Shown: in pieces, positions 8,575-16,670 of the stretch
Numbering within the stretch: position 1 is the first letter of the stretch
Layout of the letters: each line of letters opens with the position of its first letter
Assembly (NCBI GenBank): GCA_903910645.1
Contig: CAIWAD010000172.1
Coordinates: forward strand, 11,495-75,494
From: an uncultured bacterium
GTDB lineage: Bacteria; CAIWAD01
Direction: 5' to 3'
DNA length: 64,000 bases
The notes under the pieces: generated by a model
Seen by the model: the letters and a program-made list of their open reading frames with translations, nothing else
Told to the model about the DNA's origin: nothing
The model's database searches: none
Translations under genes and position numbers: made by a program

Positions 8575-9519
8575 ATGCCTTTGCTTTTGGATCCAGCGGG
8601 CCGCCGCATGCGCAAACTGAGGCTCTCCTTGACGGACGCCTGCCAGTTGCGCTGCTTCTACTGTCTGCCCCACACGCCGCGTTTCCTGCCCCACCGGGAT
8701 CTGCTGACCCCGGCGGAGCTTCTGCCCATGGTGGGGCGACTGGTGGAGTTGGGACTGGACCAGGTGCGCATCACTGGTGGAGAGCCCACCGTGCGCCCGG
8801 AACTGCTGGACATTGTGCGCGGCCTTGGCCGCCTTCCCCTGGAACGCCTGGGCATGACCACCAATGCCCTGCGGCTGGAGGCCTTGCTGCCAGCCCTGTG
8901 GCGGGCGGGCCTGCGCAATGTGAACATCAGCCTGGACAGTCTGCGTGAAGAGGTCTACGCCCGCATCACTGGTGGCAGGCGTCCGGAAGATGTGTTGCGC
9001 GCCGCCCTGAAGGCCCGGGACATGGGCTTCGAGGTGAAGCTGAACACCGTGCTCTTCCGTGGCTTGAACCAGGACGAGGTGGTGGACTTCCTGCGCTTTT
9101 CCGAGCGCGAGGCCATTCCCGTGCGCTTCCTGGAACTGATGCGCATTGGTCCGGCGCACCGCGAGCAGCGCAGCCTCTTCATCGCTGCCAGCGAGGTGAT
9201 TGAAGCTCTGCGCCACGCAGGCGAGACGCTGCGACCATTGCCCGGTCCGCCCGACGCCACCGCCTTTGAGTACGCCACGGCGGCGGGAGCGCGCGTGGGT
9301 TTCATTGCCAGTGAATCCCAGCCTTTCTGCGCCGGGTGCTCTCGCCTGCGCCTGTCCGCCACCGGCTTCCTGCGCGCCTGCCTGATGCAGGAGGACGGCC
9401 TTGCCCTGGGCGGACTGCCGCTGGAGGACTATCCCGCCGCCCTGCGGTCGGTGATGGCGCGCAAGCCACTGGACCGCCTGCCCCACACGGAGCAGCTCAT
9501 GAACCGCATTGGAGGATGA
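8575..9519 (+). CDS. moaA: GTP 3',8-cyclase (radical SAM)
   Basis: RKLRLSLTDACQLRCFYC carries the CX3CX2C motif. The C-terminal cluster motif is CAGCSRLRLSATG. The start nearly abuts the moeA stop. Confidence 0.9.
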   Translation: MPLLLDPAGRRMRKLRLSLTDACQLRCFYCLPHTPRFLPHRDLLTPAELLPMVGRLVELGLDQVRITGGEPTVRPELLDIVRGLGRLPLERLGMTTNALRLEALLPALWRAGLRNVNISLDSLREEVYARITGGRRPEDVLRAALKARDMGFEVKLNTVLFRGLNQDEVVDFLRFSEREAIPVRFLELMRIGPAHREQRSLFIAASEVIEALRHAGETLRPLPGPPDATAFEYATAAGARVGFIASESQPFCAGCSRLRLSATGFLRACLMQEDGLALGGLPLEDYPAALRSVMARKPLDRLPHTEQLMNRIGG

Positions 9520-10028
9520 GCGTGGCCGATCTGTCCCACCTGGATGCCCAGGGCCGCCCCGCCATGGTGGATGTGGGGGCCAAGGACTCCACCGCCCGCC
9601 GTGCCCTGGCGGAGGCCCGGGTGTGGCTTCCGCCCGTGGTAAGTGCCCTGCTTGAGTCCGAGGGCCCGCGCAGCGCCAAGGGTCCCGTCTACACCACCGC
9701 CATCATTGCCGGAGTGCAGGCCGCCAAGCGCACGGGCGAACTCATTCCTCTGTGCCATCCCTTGCCCCTGGAGCATGTGGCCGTGCGCATCCACTCTGAA
9801 GTGGCTGATCAGGGCGAAGGCGCCTGGGCCGTGGTGCGCTGTGAGGCCTCCCTTCATGGCCGCACGGGTGTGGAAATGGAAGCCCTCACGGGAGCGGCGG
9901 TGGCGGCGCTGACCATTGTGGACATGTGCAAGGCCCTGAGCGTGGAGCTGCGCGTTGAAGGCCTGCGTCTGCTTGAGAAGGAAGGTGGCCGCCGACGCGT
10001 GGTGAATGGGCGGGAAGTGTCGGCATGA
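9516..10028 (+). CDS. moaC: cyclic pyranopterin monophosphate synthase
   Basis: The sequence LSHLDAQGRPAMVDVGAKDST.R.A...LIPLCHPLPL...VEMEALTGAAVAALTIVDMCKA is MoaC-like. An ATGA overlap links it to moaA. Confidence 0.92.
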   Translation: MSVADLSHLDAQGRPAMVDVGAKDSTARRALAEARVWLPPVVSALLESEGPRSAKGPVYTTAIIAGVQAAKRTGELIPLCHPLPLEHVAVRIHSEVADQGEGAWAVVRCEASLHGRTGVEMEALTGAAVAALTIVDMCKALSVELRVEGLRLLEKEGGRRRVVNGREVSA

Positions 10029-11074
10029 CGGACGCTTCCTGTGGACATGCCAATGGAGGCGCCGGACACTTCCATGCACGGGAGCTGCAACTGCAGGGCG
10101 TGGCACCAGCCCAGCTCAGTCGCGCCGCCACAAGCCTGATCCTGGCCCTATCCGCCCACGGCTCAGTGGGCGTGGTGCACACCCGGGCATCCGTTGAGGA
10201 ATGGCGGCTGCACAAAGGGCGCGAAACGCCACGCCAGTTAAGGCTCAATACTACGGACGATCCGGCGCGACGCGTGCTGTTGGCGCAGGCCTTCTTCCAG
10301 GATGCCTGGGTCCTGCTGCACCTGGGAGGAGCGCGGCGTCCACAAGCGTTGTCGCTGGAGGTGGGAGATGGGGCAAAGGGCTTGCACATATGCCTGGAAG
10401 GCGGTGAGCCTTGTGCATTGGAAGTTCTTCCCGCCATGGTGGAGCAGCTCGTGGCGCGGTGGAGCCAAACGGCCCTTCCGCTGATGGGCCTGGTCCTGTC
10501 CGGCGGGAAGAGTCTTCGCATGGGCCGGGACAAGGCGCTGTTGGAGTGGGAAGGGGAAGCCCTGGTCCTGCGCCAGGCCCGCTTGTTGAAGGAATGGTGC
10601 GATCAGGTTTTTCTTTCCGCCCGCTCCGGCCAGGGGCGCGACGCAATGGGGCCAACCGTGCTGGAAGACCGCCATTCATGTCCTGGGCCAATCGCTGGCA
10701 TTCTCACGGCATTGGAGGAGAATCCCCAGGCCGCGTGGCTTGTTCTGGCCTGCGATCTGCCCCTGGTGGACAACTCCGTCCTGCAAGCGCTGGTTGCCGG
10801 ACGCGACCCCATGGGGCATGGCACGGCCTTTCGTTCTCCCCATGACAAACGGCCTGAAGCCCTGTGCGCCATTTGGGAACCCGCCGCCCGCGCATTGATC
10901 CTGCGGGCGCTGGCGGCAGACATGCAGTGTCCACGCCGCATCCTGGGCATGGGAAACACGCGTCTGCTGGATCCCGGCTCGGCCCACTTCCTCTTCAATG
11001 TGAACCGCCCGGAGGATCTGGTGCAGGCCAGACAAGGCCGCCAACTTCCTCCCCACCACAAGGATGCACCATGA
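10025..11074 (+). CDS. mobA: molybdenum cofactor guanylyltransferase fused to an unrecognised N-terminal domain of about 150 aa
   Basis: The C-terminal half carries GLVLSGGKSLRMGRDKALL and LVLACDLPL, which are MobA motifs. The N-terminal 10025..10480 has no motif I recognise. ATGA overlaps occur at both ends. Confidence 0.8.
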   Translation: MTDASCGHANGGAGHFHARELQLQGVAPAQLSRAATSLILALSAHGSVGVVHTRASVEEWRLHKGRETPRQLRLNTTDDPARRVLLAQAFFQDAWVLLHLGGARRPQALSLEVGDGAKGLHICLEGGEPCALEVLPAMVEQLVARWSQTALPLMGLVLSGGKSLRMGRDKALLEWEGEALVLRQARLLKEWCDQVFLSARSGQGRDAMGPTVLEDRHSCPGPIAGILTALEENPQAAWLVLACDLPLVDNSVLQALVAGRDPMGHGTAFRSPHDKRPEALCAIWEPAARALILRALAADMQCPRRILGMGNTRLLDPGSAHFLFNVNRPEDLVQARQGRQLPPHHKDAP

Positions 11075-11310
11075 AGTTGAGCCTGCGCTGGGTGGCTTTG
11101 TTGCGCGACGAGCGCGGTCTGGCCCACGAGGAGTTGGACTGGCCGGGGGGTGACTTGGCCGCCCTCTACGCGGAACTGCGGAAGCGCCATGGGTTCAGCC
11201 TGCCGCCGGAGCGCGTGCTGGTGGCGCTCAATGAAGAGTTCGCCCAATGGACGGACGAGCCCCGTCCGGGCGATGAGGTGGTCTTCCTGCCGCCGGTGGC
11301 GGGCGGATGA
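11071..11310 (+). CDS. moaD: molybdopterin synthase sulfur carrier subunit
   Basis: 79 aa, ending ...VVFLPPVAGG with the C-terminal Gly-Gly. ATGA overlaps link it to both neighbours. Confidence 0.85.
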   Translation: MKLSLRWVALLRDERGLAHEELDWPGGDLAALYAELRKRHGFSLPPERVLVALNEEFAQWTDEPRPGDEVVFLPPVAGG

Positions 11311-11756
11311 GCAACTTCCAATTGCAGGATGGCGCCCTGGACGAGGGCCAGCTGGCCGCTGAGTTGGTCCATGCGGGAGCAGGGGCCCTGGTGGGTTTCG
11401 CCGGAAGGGTGCGCAACCACCACGAAGGCCGCCCGGTGCTGGCGCTGGATTATGAGGCGCTGGATGCCCTGTGCCGCAAGGAGGGGGCGCGGGTGCTGGA
11501 CGAAGCCCTCCAACGCTTTCCCGTGATGGCCGTCCGCTGTGTGCACGGCCTTGGCCACATGGAGCCCGGCGACTGCGCCGTGTGGGTGGGCGTGCTGGCG
11601 GTTCACCGCCGGGAGGCCTTCACCGCCGCGTCGTGGATCATTGATGAAGTGAAACGGCGCCTGCCCATCTGGAAATGCGAGCACTACGCCGATGGCACGC
11701 GCCAATGGGTGAATTGCCTGGCCTGCGCCCACGGCACGGAGGATTCCCATGTTTGA
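11307..11756 (+). CDS. moaE: molybdopterin synthase catalytic subunit
   Basis: GALVGFAGRVRNHHEGR.V..L.YEA and the conserved PIWK(C)EHY motif are present. Confidence 0.88.
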   Translation: MSNFQLQDGALDEGQLAAELVHAGAGALVGFAGRVRNHHEGRPVLALDYEALDALCRKEGARVLDEALQRFPVMAVRCVHGLGHMEPGDCAVWVGVLAVHRREAFTAASWIIDEVKRRLPIWKCEHYADGTRQWVNCLACAHGTEDSHV

Positions 11757-12819
11757 TTCACCCGGATTGACCCAGGCGGAGCGCGCCTGGTACCAGAGCC
11801 AGTTGGCACTGCCGGAGCTGGGCGAGGCGGGCCAGCAGCGCCTGAGGGCATCCCGTGTCCTGGTGGTGGGCGCGGGAGGCCTGGGTTGCCCCGTGCTGAT
11901 GGAACTGGCCATAGCGGGAGTGGGCTTCCTGCGCATTTGCGAGGCCGATACCGTGGAAGCGCACAACCTGCACCGTCAGCCGCTCTACACGGCCACCCAG
12001 GTGGGCCAGCCCAAGGGACGCCTGGCGCGCATTCGTCTGCAGGAAATGAATCCGGCCCTGCAGGCGGAGTGGGAGCCCCGCGCCTTTACCCAGGCGCACG
12101 CGGCGGAGATGCTGCATGGGATGGATCTGGCGCTGGACTGCGGCGACAACCTGGAGCTCTCCTTTGCCATGAACGACGCCTGCCTGCGCGCCGGTGTGCC
12201 TTTGGTGTGCGCCGCCGTGCACCGCTGGGAGGGCCAGGTGTGGAGCCTGAAGCCAGGCGGCCCGGGCGGTTGTTTGCGCTGCCTGTGGCCACAGCAGCCC
12301 CCGGAGGCATCGAGCTGCACGCGCAGCGGCGTGCTGGGCGCCATCACCGGCCTGGTGGGATCCTGGCAGGCGGTGGAAGCCCTGCGCCTCCTCCTCCATC
12401 TTCCCCACACCCTGGAAGAGGAGATGCTGCTGGTGGATGTCCGGGAGTCCTCCTTGCGTCGCGTGCGCCGTCAGCGCAGGCAGGGCTGTCCCGCCTGCTC
12501 GCCACACCCCGAGATTCCTGTCATGGCGCCGCATGTGGATGAGCAGGAGGTTGAGGGCCAGGATGCGCAGCTTAGCGCATGGCGGCATGCCACCGTGGTG
12601 GATTTGCGTGAAGTGGGCGAACCCGGCTGTCCCATTCCACCCGGCTTGCGCGTGATTCACCGGCCCTTGAGCGGCCTGCACTTCCCCGACCATGGACTGC
12701 CGGAGGACGATCTCCTGGTGGTGTGCGCCCACGGTGTGCGCAGCTTGTGGGTGGTGAACCGTCTGCGGGCCCTGGGCCATGAGCGTTGCTGGAGCTTGAA
12801 AGGCGGAATGGAAAGGTAG
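11749..12819 (+). CDS. moeB: molybdopterin-synthase adenylyltransferase with a C-terminal rhodanese domain (MoeB/MoeZ type)
   Basis: ThiF/E1 nucleotide loop VLVVGAGGLGCP, zinc CXXC pairs (CLRC, CPAC), and a C-terminal rhodanese loop VVCAHGVRS are present. Confidence 0.88.
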   Translation: MFDSPGLTQAERAWYQSQLALPELGEAGQQRLRASRVLVVGAGGLGCPVLMELAIAGVGFLRICEADTVEAHNLHRQPLYTATQVGQPKGRLARIRLQEMNPALQAEWEPRAFTQAHAAEMLHGMDLALDCGDNLELSFAMNDACLRAGVPLVCAAVHRWEGQVWSLKPGGPGGCLRCLWPQQPPEASSCTRSGVLGAITGLVGSWQAVEALRLLLHLPHTLEEEMLLVDVRESSLRRVRRQRRQGCPACSPHPEIPVMAPHVDEQEVEGQDAQLSAWRHATVVDLREVGEPGCPIPPGLRVIHRPLSGLHFPDHGLPEDDLLVVCAHGVRSLWVVNRLRALGHERCWSLKGGMER

Positions 12820-13065
12820 CGCGCGCCAAAACCCCACCGCAGCACTCATACTTGAGCCACGGATTCCTTCAAAGCGCAGCGTCTCTCCTGCCCTGCGCCT
12901 GGTCATCCCAGTAAAAGCTGGGATCTCTTGTCAGCATGGATTCCCGCTTTCGCATACATGACAGGTCCGTGTTCTGCTCTCGTCACAGTGCCAGCCTTGT
13001 CGCCACCAAAACAAGCGTCCCCATCTTTTTACTGACAATTCTTTCGCAAAAAGCCTGTCAATCTC

Positions 13066-13094
13066 TTGACTTTCACTTGTCGGCCTGCTAACAT
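13066..13094 (+). promoter_or_regulatory. candidate sigma70-type promoter of the ArsR/octahaem operon
   Basis: TTGACT (13066-13071), a 17-nt spacer, then TAACAT (13089-13094). It sits about 40 nt upstream of the arsR-family ATG, which has a GAGGA RBS at 13126-13130. Confidence 0.45.
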
Positions 13095-13096
13095 GT

Positions 13097-13114
13097 CGCA
13101 TATCCGGTTATGCG
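13097..13114 (+). promoter_or_regulatory. 18-bp near-perfect palindrome, candidate repressor operator
   Basis: CGCATATCC|GGTTATGCG has one mismatch. It lies immediately downstream of the -10 element. Confidence 0.45.
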
Positions 13115-13134
13115 GATTTATTCATGAGGACAAA

Positions 13135-13476
13135 ATGAAGCGAAGCAATCAGCAGATCCGACGCGCCAGCCTTGTGTTCAAGGCTCTGGCCCATCCTCAT
13201 CGGCTGCGCATCGCCTGCTTGCTCATAGACAACGGCCCCATGAGCCAGAAGCAGCTGGTGGAAGAGCTGGCCCTTCCCCAAAGCACGGTGGCGCGCTTGC
13301 TGGAGCCATTGCGCGCCACTGGCCTGGTGGTGGCCCTGCGACAGGGCACTGAAGTGAGCCTGAGTGTGCCGGGGGAAATGCTTAGCCAGATACTGGACTC
13401 CATGTGCGTGTGGTTTGAGGACAAGGCGGCCCGGGAGGCCAAGGAGGACGAGATGGCGACAGGTAGTGCCCAATGA
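13135..13476 (+). CDS. ArsR/SmtB-family transcriptional regulator
   Basis: Internal ATG of ORF 13066..13476. The sequence FKALAHPHRLRIACLL...MSQKQLVEELALPQSTVARLLEPLRATGLV is a winged HTH of the ArsR family. Confidence 0.85.
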   Translation: MKRSNQQIRRASLVFKALAHPHRLRIACLLIDNGPMSQKQLVEELALPQSTVARLLEPLRATGLVVALRQGTEVSLSVPGEMLSQILDSMCVWFEDKAAREAKEDEMATGSAQ

Positions 13477-14924
13477 GGGCGCCTTGGCTGGTGGCCCTGG
13501 TGGGCGTGGTGGCCGCGGGCAGCCTGGTGGCGGGCCTGTGGCTGGGTGGCGGAGCCAAGGACAAGGCCCCGGAACCCCGCTTCAGCACGGCCGTGAAGAC
13601 CACCCCGAAGAATCCGCTGGCGGGGCGCAGCAAGCCCCACCTGGACCACAGCGCCTTCTTCCCGGACAGCATCGCCACCCCCCAGGAGGTGACCCTGCGC
13701 TGCCTGGAGTGCCACAAGGACGCGGCGCACCAGGTGATGCAGACGGCCCACTGGACCTGGCTGTCCGGGGATGTGATGCGCAACGGCGAGCTGGTGCGCA
13801 TTGGCAAAAAGAACCTGCTCAACAATTTCTGCATCAGCATCAACGGGAACTGGGCCAGCTGCACCAAGTGCCACGCCGGCTACGGCTGGGGCAGCGCGGA
13901 CTTCGACTTCACCAAGCAGGAGAATGTGGACTGTCTGGTCTGCCACGACGGCAGCGCGGGCTACAGCAAGGGGAAGATGGGCCTGCCCGGCGAGAAGGTG
14001 GACCTGCGCGCCGCCGCGGGCAGTGTGCGCATGCCCCGGCGCGACAACTGCGGCGCCTGTCACTTCAACGGTGGCGGCGGCATGGGCGTGAAGCACGGCG
14101 ATCTGGACGACAGCCTCATCAACGGCAGCGGGGACAACGATGTGCACATGGGGCGCCTGGGCTTCGACTGCGTGGACTGCCACGCCACGGAGGAGCACCG
14201 CATCCCCGGCAAGATGAACGCCACCTACTCGGACAGCACCCGCGCCCTGCGCATGGAGTGCGACGACTGCCATGGCGCCACGCCCCACGCCGATGCCCAG
14301 CTGAACAAGCATGTGGCCCGCGTGGCCTGCCAGAGCTGCCACATTCCGGCTTTTGCCCGCAAGTACCCCACCAAGATGGACTGGGATTGGAGCCAGGCCG
14401 GCGACAGCACGCGCAAGGACGATCCCCACGCCTACCTGCGCATCAAGGGCGCTTTCATCTACAAGGACAATGTGGTCCCCGAGTATGCCTGGTTCAACGG
14501 CAAGATGGAGCGCTACATCCTGGGCGACACGCTGAGCGGTCCGGACCAGGCCATGAACAAGCCCATAGGAAGCCGGGCGGACAAGACGGCCAAGATCTGG
14601 CCCTTCAAGGTCCACCGTGCGAAGCAGATCTTTGATCCGGTGAACCGCGTGCTCATTCCACCGGTCACCAGCGGAGAGGGCGGCTTCTGGACGGAGTTCG
14701 ACTGGGCCAAGGCCGCCCGTCTGGGCATGGAACAGGCGGGACTTCCCTACAGCGGGAAATTCGCCTTCACCGACACGCACATGTACTGGCCCATCAATCA
14801 CATGACCGCCCCCAAGGAGAAGGCCCTGGCCTGCACCGAATGCCATTCCCCTAATGGACGGCTGGACTGGCAGGCCCTGGGCTACAAGGGAGACCCCGTG
14901 GGAGGAACACGCCATGCGCGCTAG
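13473..14924 (+). CDS. octahaem c-type cytochrome, tetrathionate reductase (Otr)-family-like
   Basis: 483 aa with an N-terminal signal/anchor. It has exactly 8 CXXCH motifs: CLECH, CTKCH, CLVCH, CGACH, CVDCH, CDDCH, CQSCH and CTECH. An ATGA overlap links it to the arsR-family gene. Confidence 0.8.
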   Translation: MRAPWLVALVGVVAAGSLVAGLWLGGGAKDKAPEPRFSTAVKTTPKNPLAGRSKPHLDHSAFFPDSIATPQEVTLRCLECHKDAAHQVMQTAHWTWLSGDVMRNGELVRIGKKNLLNNFCISINGNWASCTKCHAGYGWGSADFDFTKQENVDCLVCHDGSAGYSKGKMGLPGEKVDLRAAAGSVRMPRRDNCGACHFNGGGGMGVKHGDLDDSLINGSGDNDVHMGRLGFDCVDCHATEEHRIPGKMNATYSDSTRALRMECDDCHGATPHADAQLNKHVARVACQSCHIPAFARKYPTKMDWDWSQAGDSTRKDDPHAYLRIKGAFIYKDNVVPEYAWFNGKMERYILGDTLSGPDQAMNKPIGSRADKTAKIWPFKVHRAKQIFDPVNRVLIPPVTSGEGGFWTEFDWAKAARLGMEQAGLPYSGKFAFTDTHMYWPINHMTAPKEKALACTECHSPNGRLDWQALGYKGDPVGGTRHAR

Positions 14925-15426
14925 AGCATTCTTGAACCCTTATGTGGGAGGCGTCATCCTGGGCGTGGTGCTCTTCGCCTCTTTCGCCATCACCCACAGC
15001 GGGCTGGGCGCTTCCGGCGCCATCAGCCGCCTGCAGGCCGGCGTGATGGAAGTGGTGGCCCCCGGCCATGTGGACCGCACGGGCTATCTGGCGGCCATGG
15101 GCGGCGGCACGCGCATGGCCCTGAACCACAGCAGCATGTTCATGCTGGCGGGCACCTTCCTGGGTGGACTGGCTTCCGCCTTCCTGGCGGGCAGATTGAA
15201 ACCGGAAGTCTGCCGCGGTCCCCAGGTGGGCAAGGGCCGCCGCCTGCTGCTCGCCCTGCTGGGCGGCACCATCATGGGTTTTGGCGCCCGCCTGGCCCGG
15301 GGCTGCACCAGCGGCCAGGCCCTTAGTGGCGGTGCCGTGCTCAGTGCCGGCAGCTGGGTCTTCATGTTCGCCGTGTTCGCGGGCGCCTACGCACTGGCCT
15401 GGTTCGTGCGTCGGCTGTGGAATTAG
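14914..15426 (+). CDS. YeeE/YedE family sulfur-compound transporter, half-size subunit
   Basis: Internal ATG of ORF 14854..15426. It has four TM helices and the GFGARLARGCTSGQALSG loop. It overlaps the octahaem gene by 11 nt. Confidence 0.8.
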   Translation: MRARAFLNPYVGGVILGVVLFASFAITHSGLGASGAISRLQAGVMEVVAPGHVDRTGYLAAMGGGTRMALNHSSMFMLAGTFLGGLASAFLAGRLKPEVCRGPQVGKGRRLLLALLGGTIMGFGARLARGCTSGQALSGGAVLSAGSWVFMFAVFAGAYALAWFVRRLWN

Positions 15427-15435
15427 GAGGGCGCC

Positions 15436-16617
15436 ATGCTTCCCCTTGATCTGGCTTCCGCGGGAGCCCTGCTCAACAATCTGGTCTTCATGCTCATCGG
15501 ACTGGCCTTTGGCGCGGCGCTGGAGCAGTCGGGCTTCGGCGACAGCCGCAACCTGGCCGCACAGTTCTATCTGAAGGACATGCGCGTGCTGAAGACCATG
15601 TTCGGCGCCATCCTTACCGCCTGCCTGCTGCTCTTCCTGTCGGCGGCGTTGGGATGGCTGGACTTCTCCAAGATCTTCGTGAACCAAACCTACCTGTGGC
15701 CCGGCATCGTGGGTGGCCTGGTAATGGGCGTGGGCTTCGTCATTGGCGGCTACTGTCCGGGCACCTCCCTGGTCAGCGCAGCCAGTTTCAAGGGTGACGG
15801 CGCCATGTTCGTGGCGGGCACCGTGGTGGGCGCCGGCATTTTCGGTGAAATGGCCGACGAGATCGGCGCCTTCTGGAACGGCTCCTACACCGAACGACTG
15901 CTGCTCAGCGATGTCTTCGGCTGGAGCATTGGCGCCACGGTGGTGGCGGTGACCCTTCTGGCCCTGGTCTTCTTCTTCGCCGCGGAAAAGGTGGAGGAAT
16001 GGATGGCCGGAGACGGGCCACGCTGGAAACCCACCAACCGCCGCTACCTGGGCGCCGGGGCGCTGGCGTTGGTGGTGGCCCTGTTCATCTGGGGGAAGGG
16101 CATGCCCAGCCCCGAGGAGAAGTGGGAAATCGCCGGCGGCGAGCTGCAGCCCCTGCTGGACCAGCGCGAAGTCTTCATCCACCCGCTGGAGTATGTGAAG
16201 ACCTGGAATGATCCCGCCGTGCGCCTGGTGACCCTGGATCTGCGTGACAGCACGGCCTTCGCCGCCTTCCATCTGGACGCGGCGCGAAGCGTCACCTATC
16301 CCGGCCTGCTGGACAAAGAACTGGTGTTTGAACTGGATCAGCTGCCGCCCCAGGGCGTGGTGGTGCTGGTAAGCGAGGACGAGGCCATGGCCGTGTCCGC
16401 CTGGAAGCGCCTGAAAATGCAGGGCGTGAGCAACCTCTACATCCTGGATCAGGGGCTGAAGGGTTGGAGCGCGCTGTTCGCGCCACTGCAGGAGGCTCAC
16501 CACGGTTTCGACCTGTCCCGTCCGCCCTCCCGCGTGCTGGAGGCTTTCCCTGAAGGCACCTGGCAGGCCAAGATCAAGCTGAAGACCGCCCGGCGCGCCG
16601 GCGGCCTGTGCAGTTGA
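15436..16617 (+). CDS. YeeE/YedE family half-transporter fused to a C-terminal rhodanese-like domain lacking the catalytic Cys
   Basis: An AGGAGG RBS precedes the ATG. The VIGGYCPGTSLVSAA loop is present. The C-terminal region of about 110 aa (VRLVTLDLRD...GVVVLVSEDEAMAVSAWKRL...GVSNLYILDQGLKGW) has rhodanese topology, with Ser at 16372-16374 where the active-site Cys is expected. Confidence 0.75.
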   Translation: MLPLDLASAGALLNNLVFMLIGLAFGAALEQSGFGDSRNLAAQFYLKDMRVLKTMFGAILTACLLLFLSAALGWLDFSKIFVNQTYLWPGIVGGLVMGVGFVIGGYCPGTSLVSAASFKGDGAMFVAGTVVGAGIFGEMADEIGAFWNGSYTERLLLSDVFGWSIGATVVAVTLLALVFFFAAEKVEEWMAGDGPRWKPTNRRYLGAGALALVVALFIWGKGMPSPEEKWEIAGGELQPLLDQREVFIHPLEYVKTWNDPAVRLVTLDLRDSTAFAAFHLDAARSVTYPGLLDKELVFELDQLPPQGVVVLVSEDEAMAVSAWKRLKMQGVSNLYILDQGLKGWSALFAPLQEAHHGFDLSRPPSRVLEAFPEGTWQAKIKLKTARRAGGLCS

Positions 16618-16670
16618 ACGCGCAATTCCGGCGCGACCCCGTGCTCGCGCCCAGTTGGAGTGACGCTCTG

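Noticed and set aside
12820-13065. Scattered TGTCA/TGACA-containing half-sites and a small hairpin (atcccag-taaaag-ctgggat, 12905-12924) downstream of moeB
   Set aside because: The half-sites do not form a consistent dyad, and the hairpin is short with no T-run. I could not support a specific regulatory or RNA call.
13197-16503. Long minus-strand ORFs 13197..14915 (572 aa) and 14851..16503 (550 aa) opposite the octahaem and YeeE genes
   Set aside because: The plus-strand frames carry 8 CXXCH motifs and YeeE loops. The antisense products are low-complexity (A/G/H/V/R) with no motifs. They are shadow ORFs.
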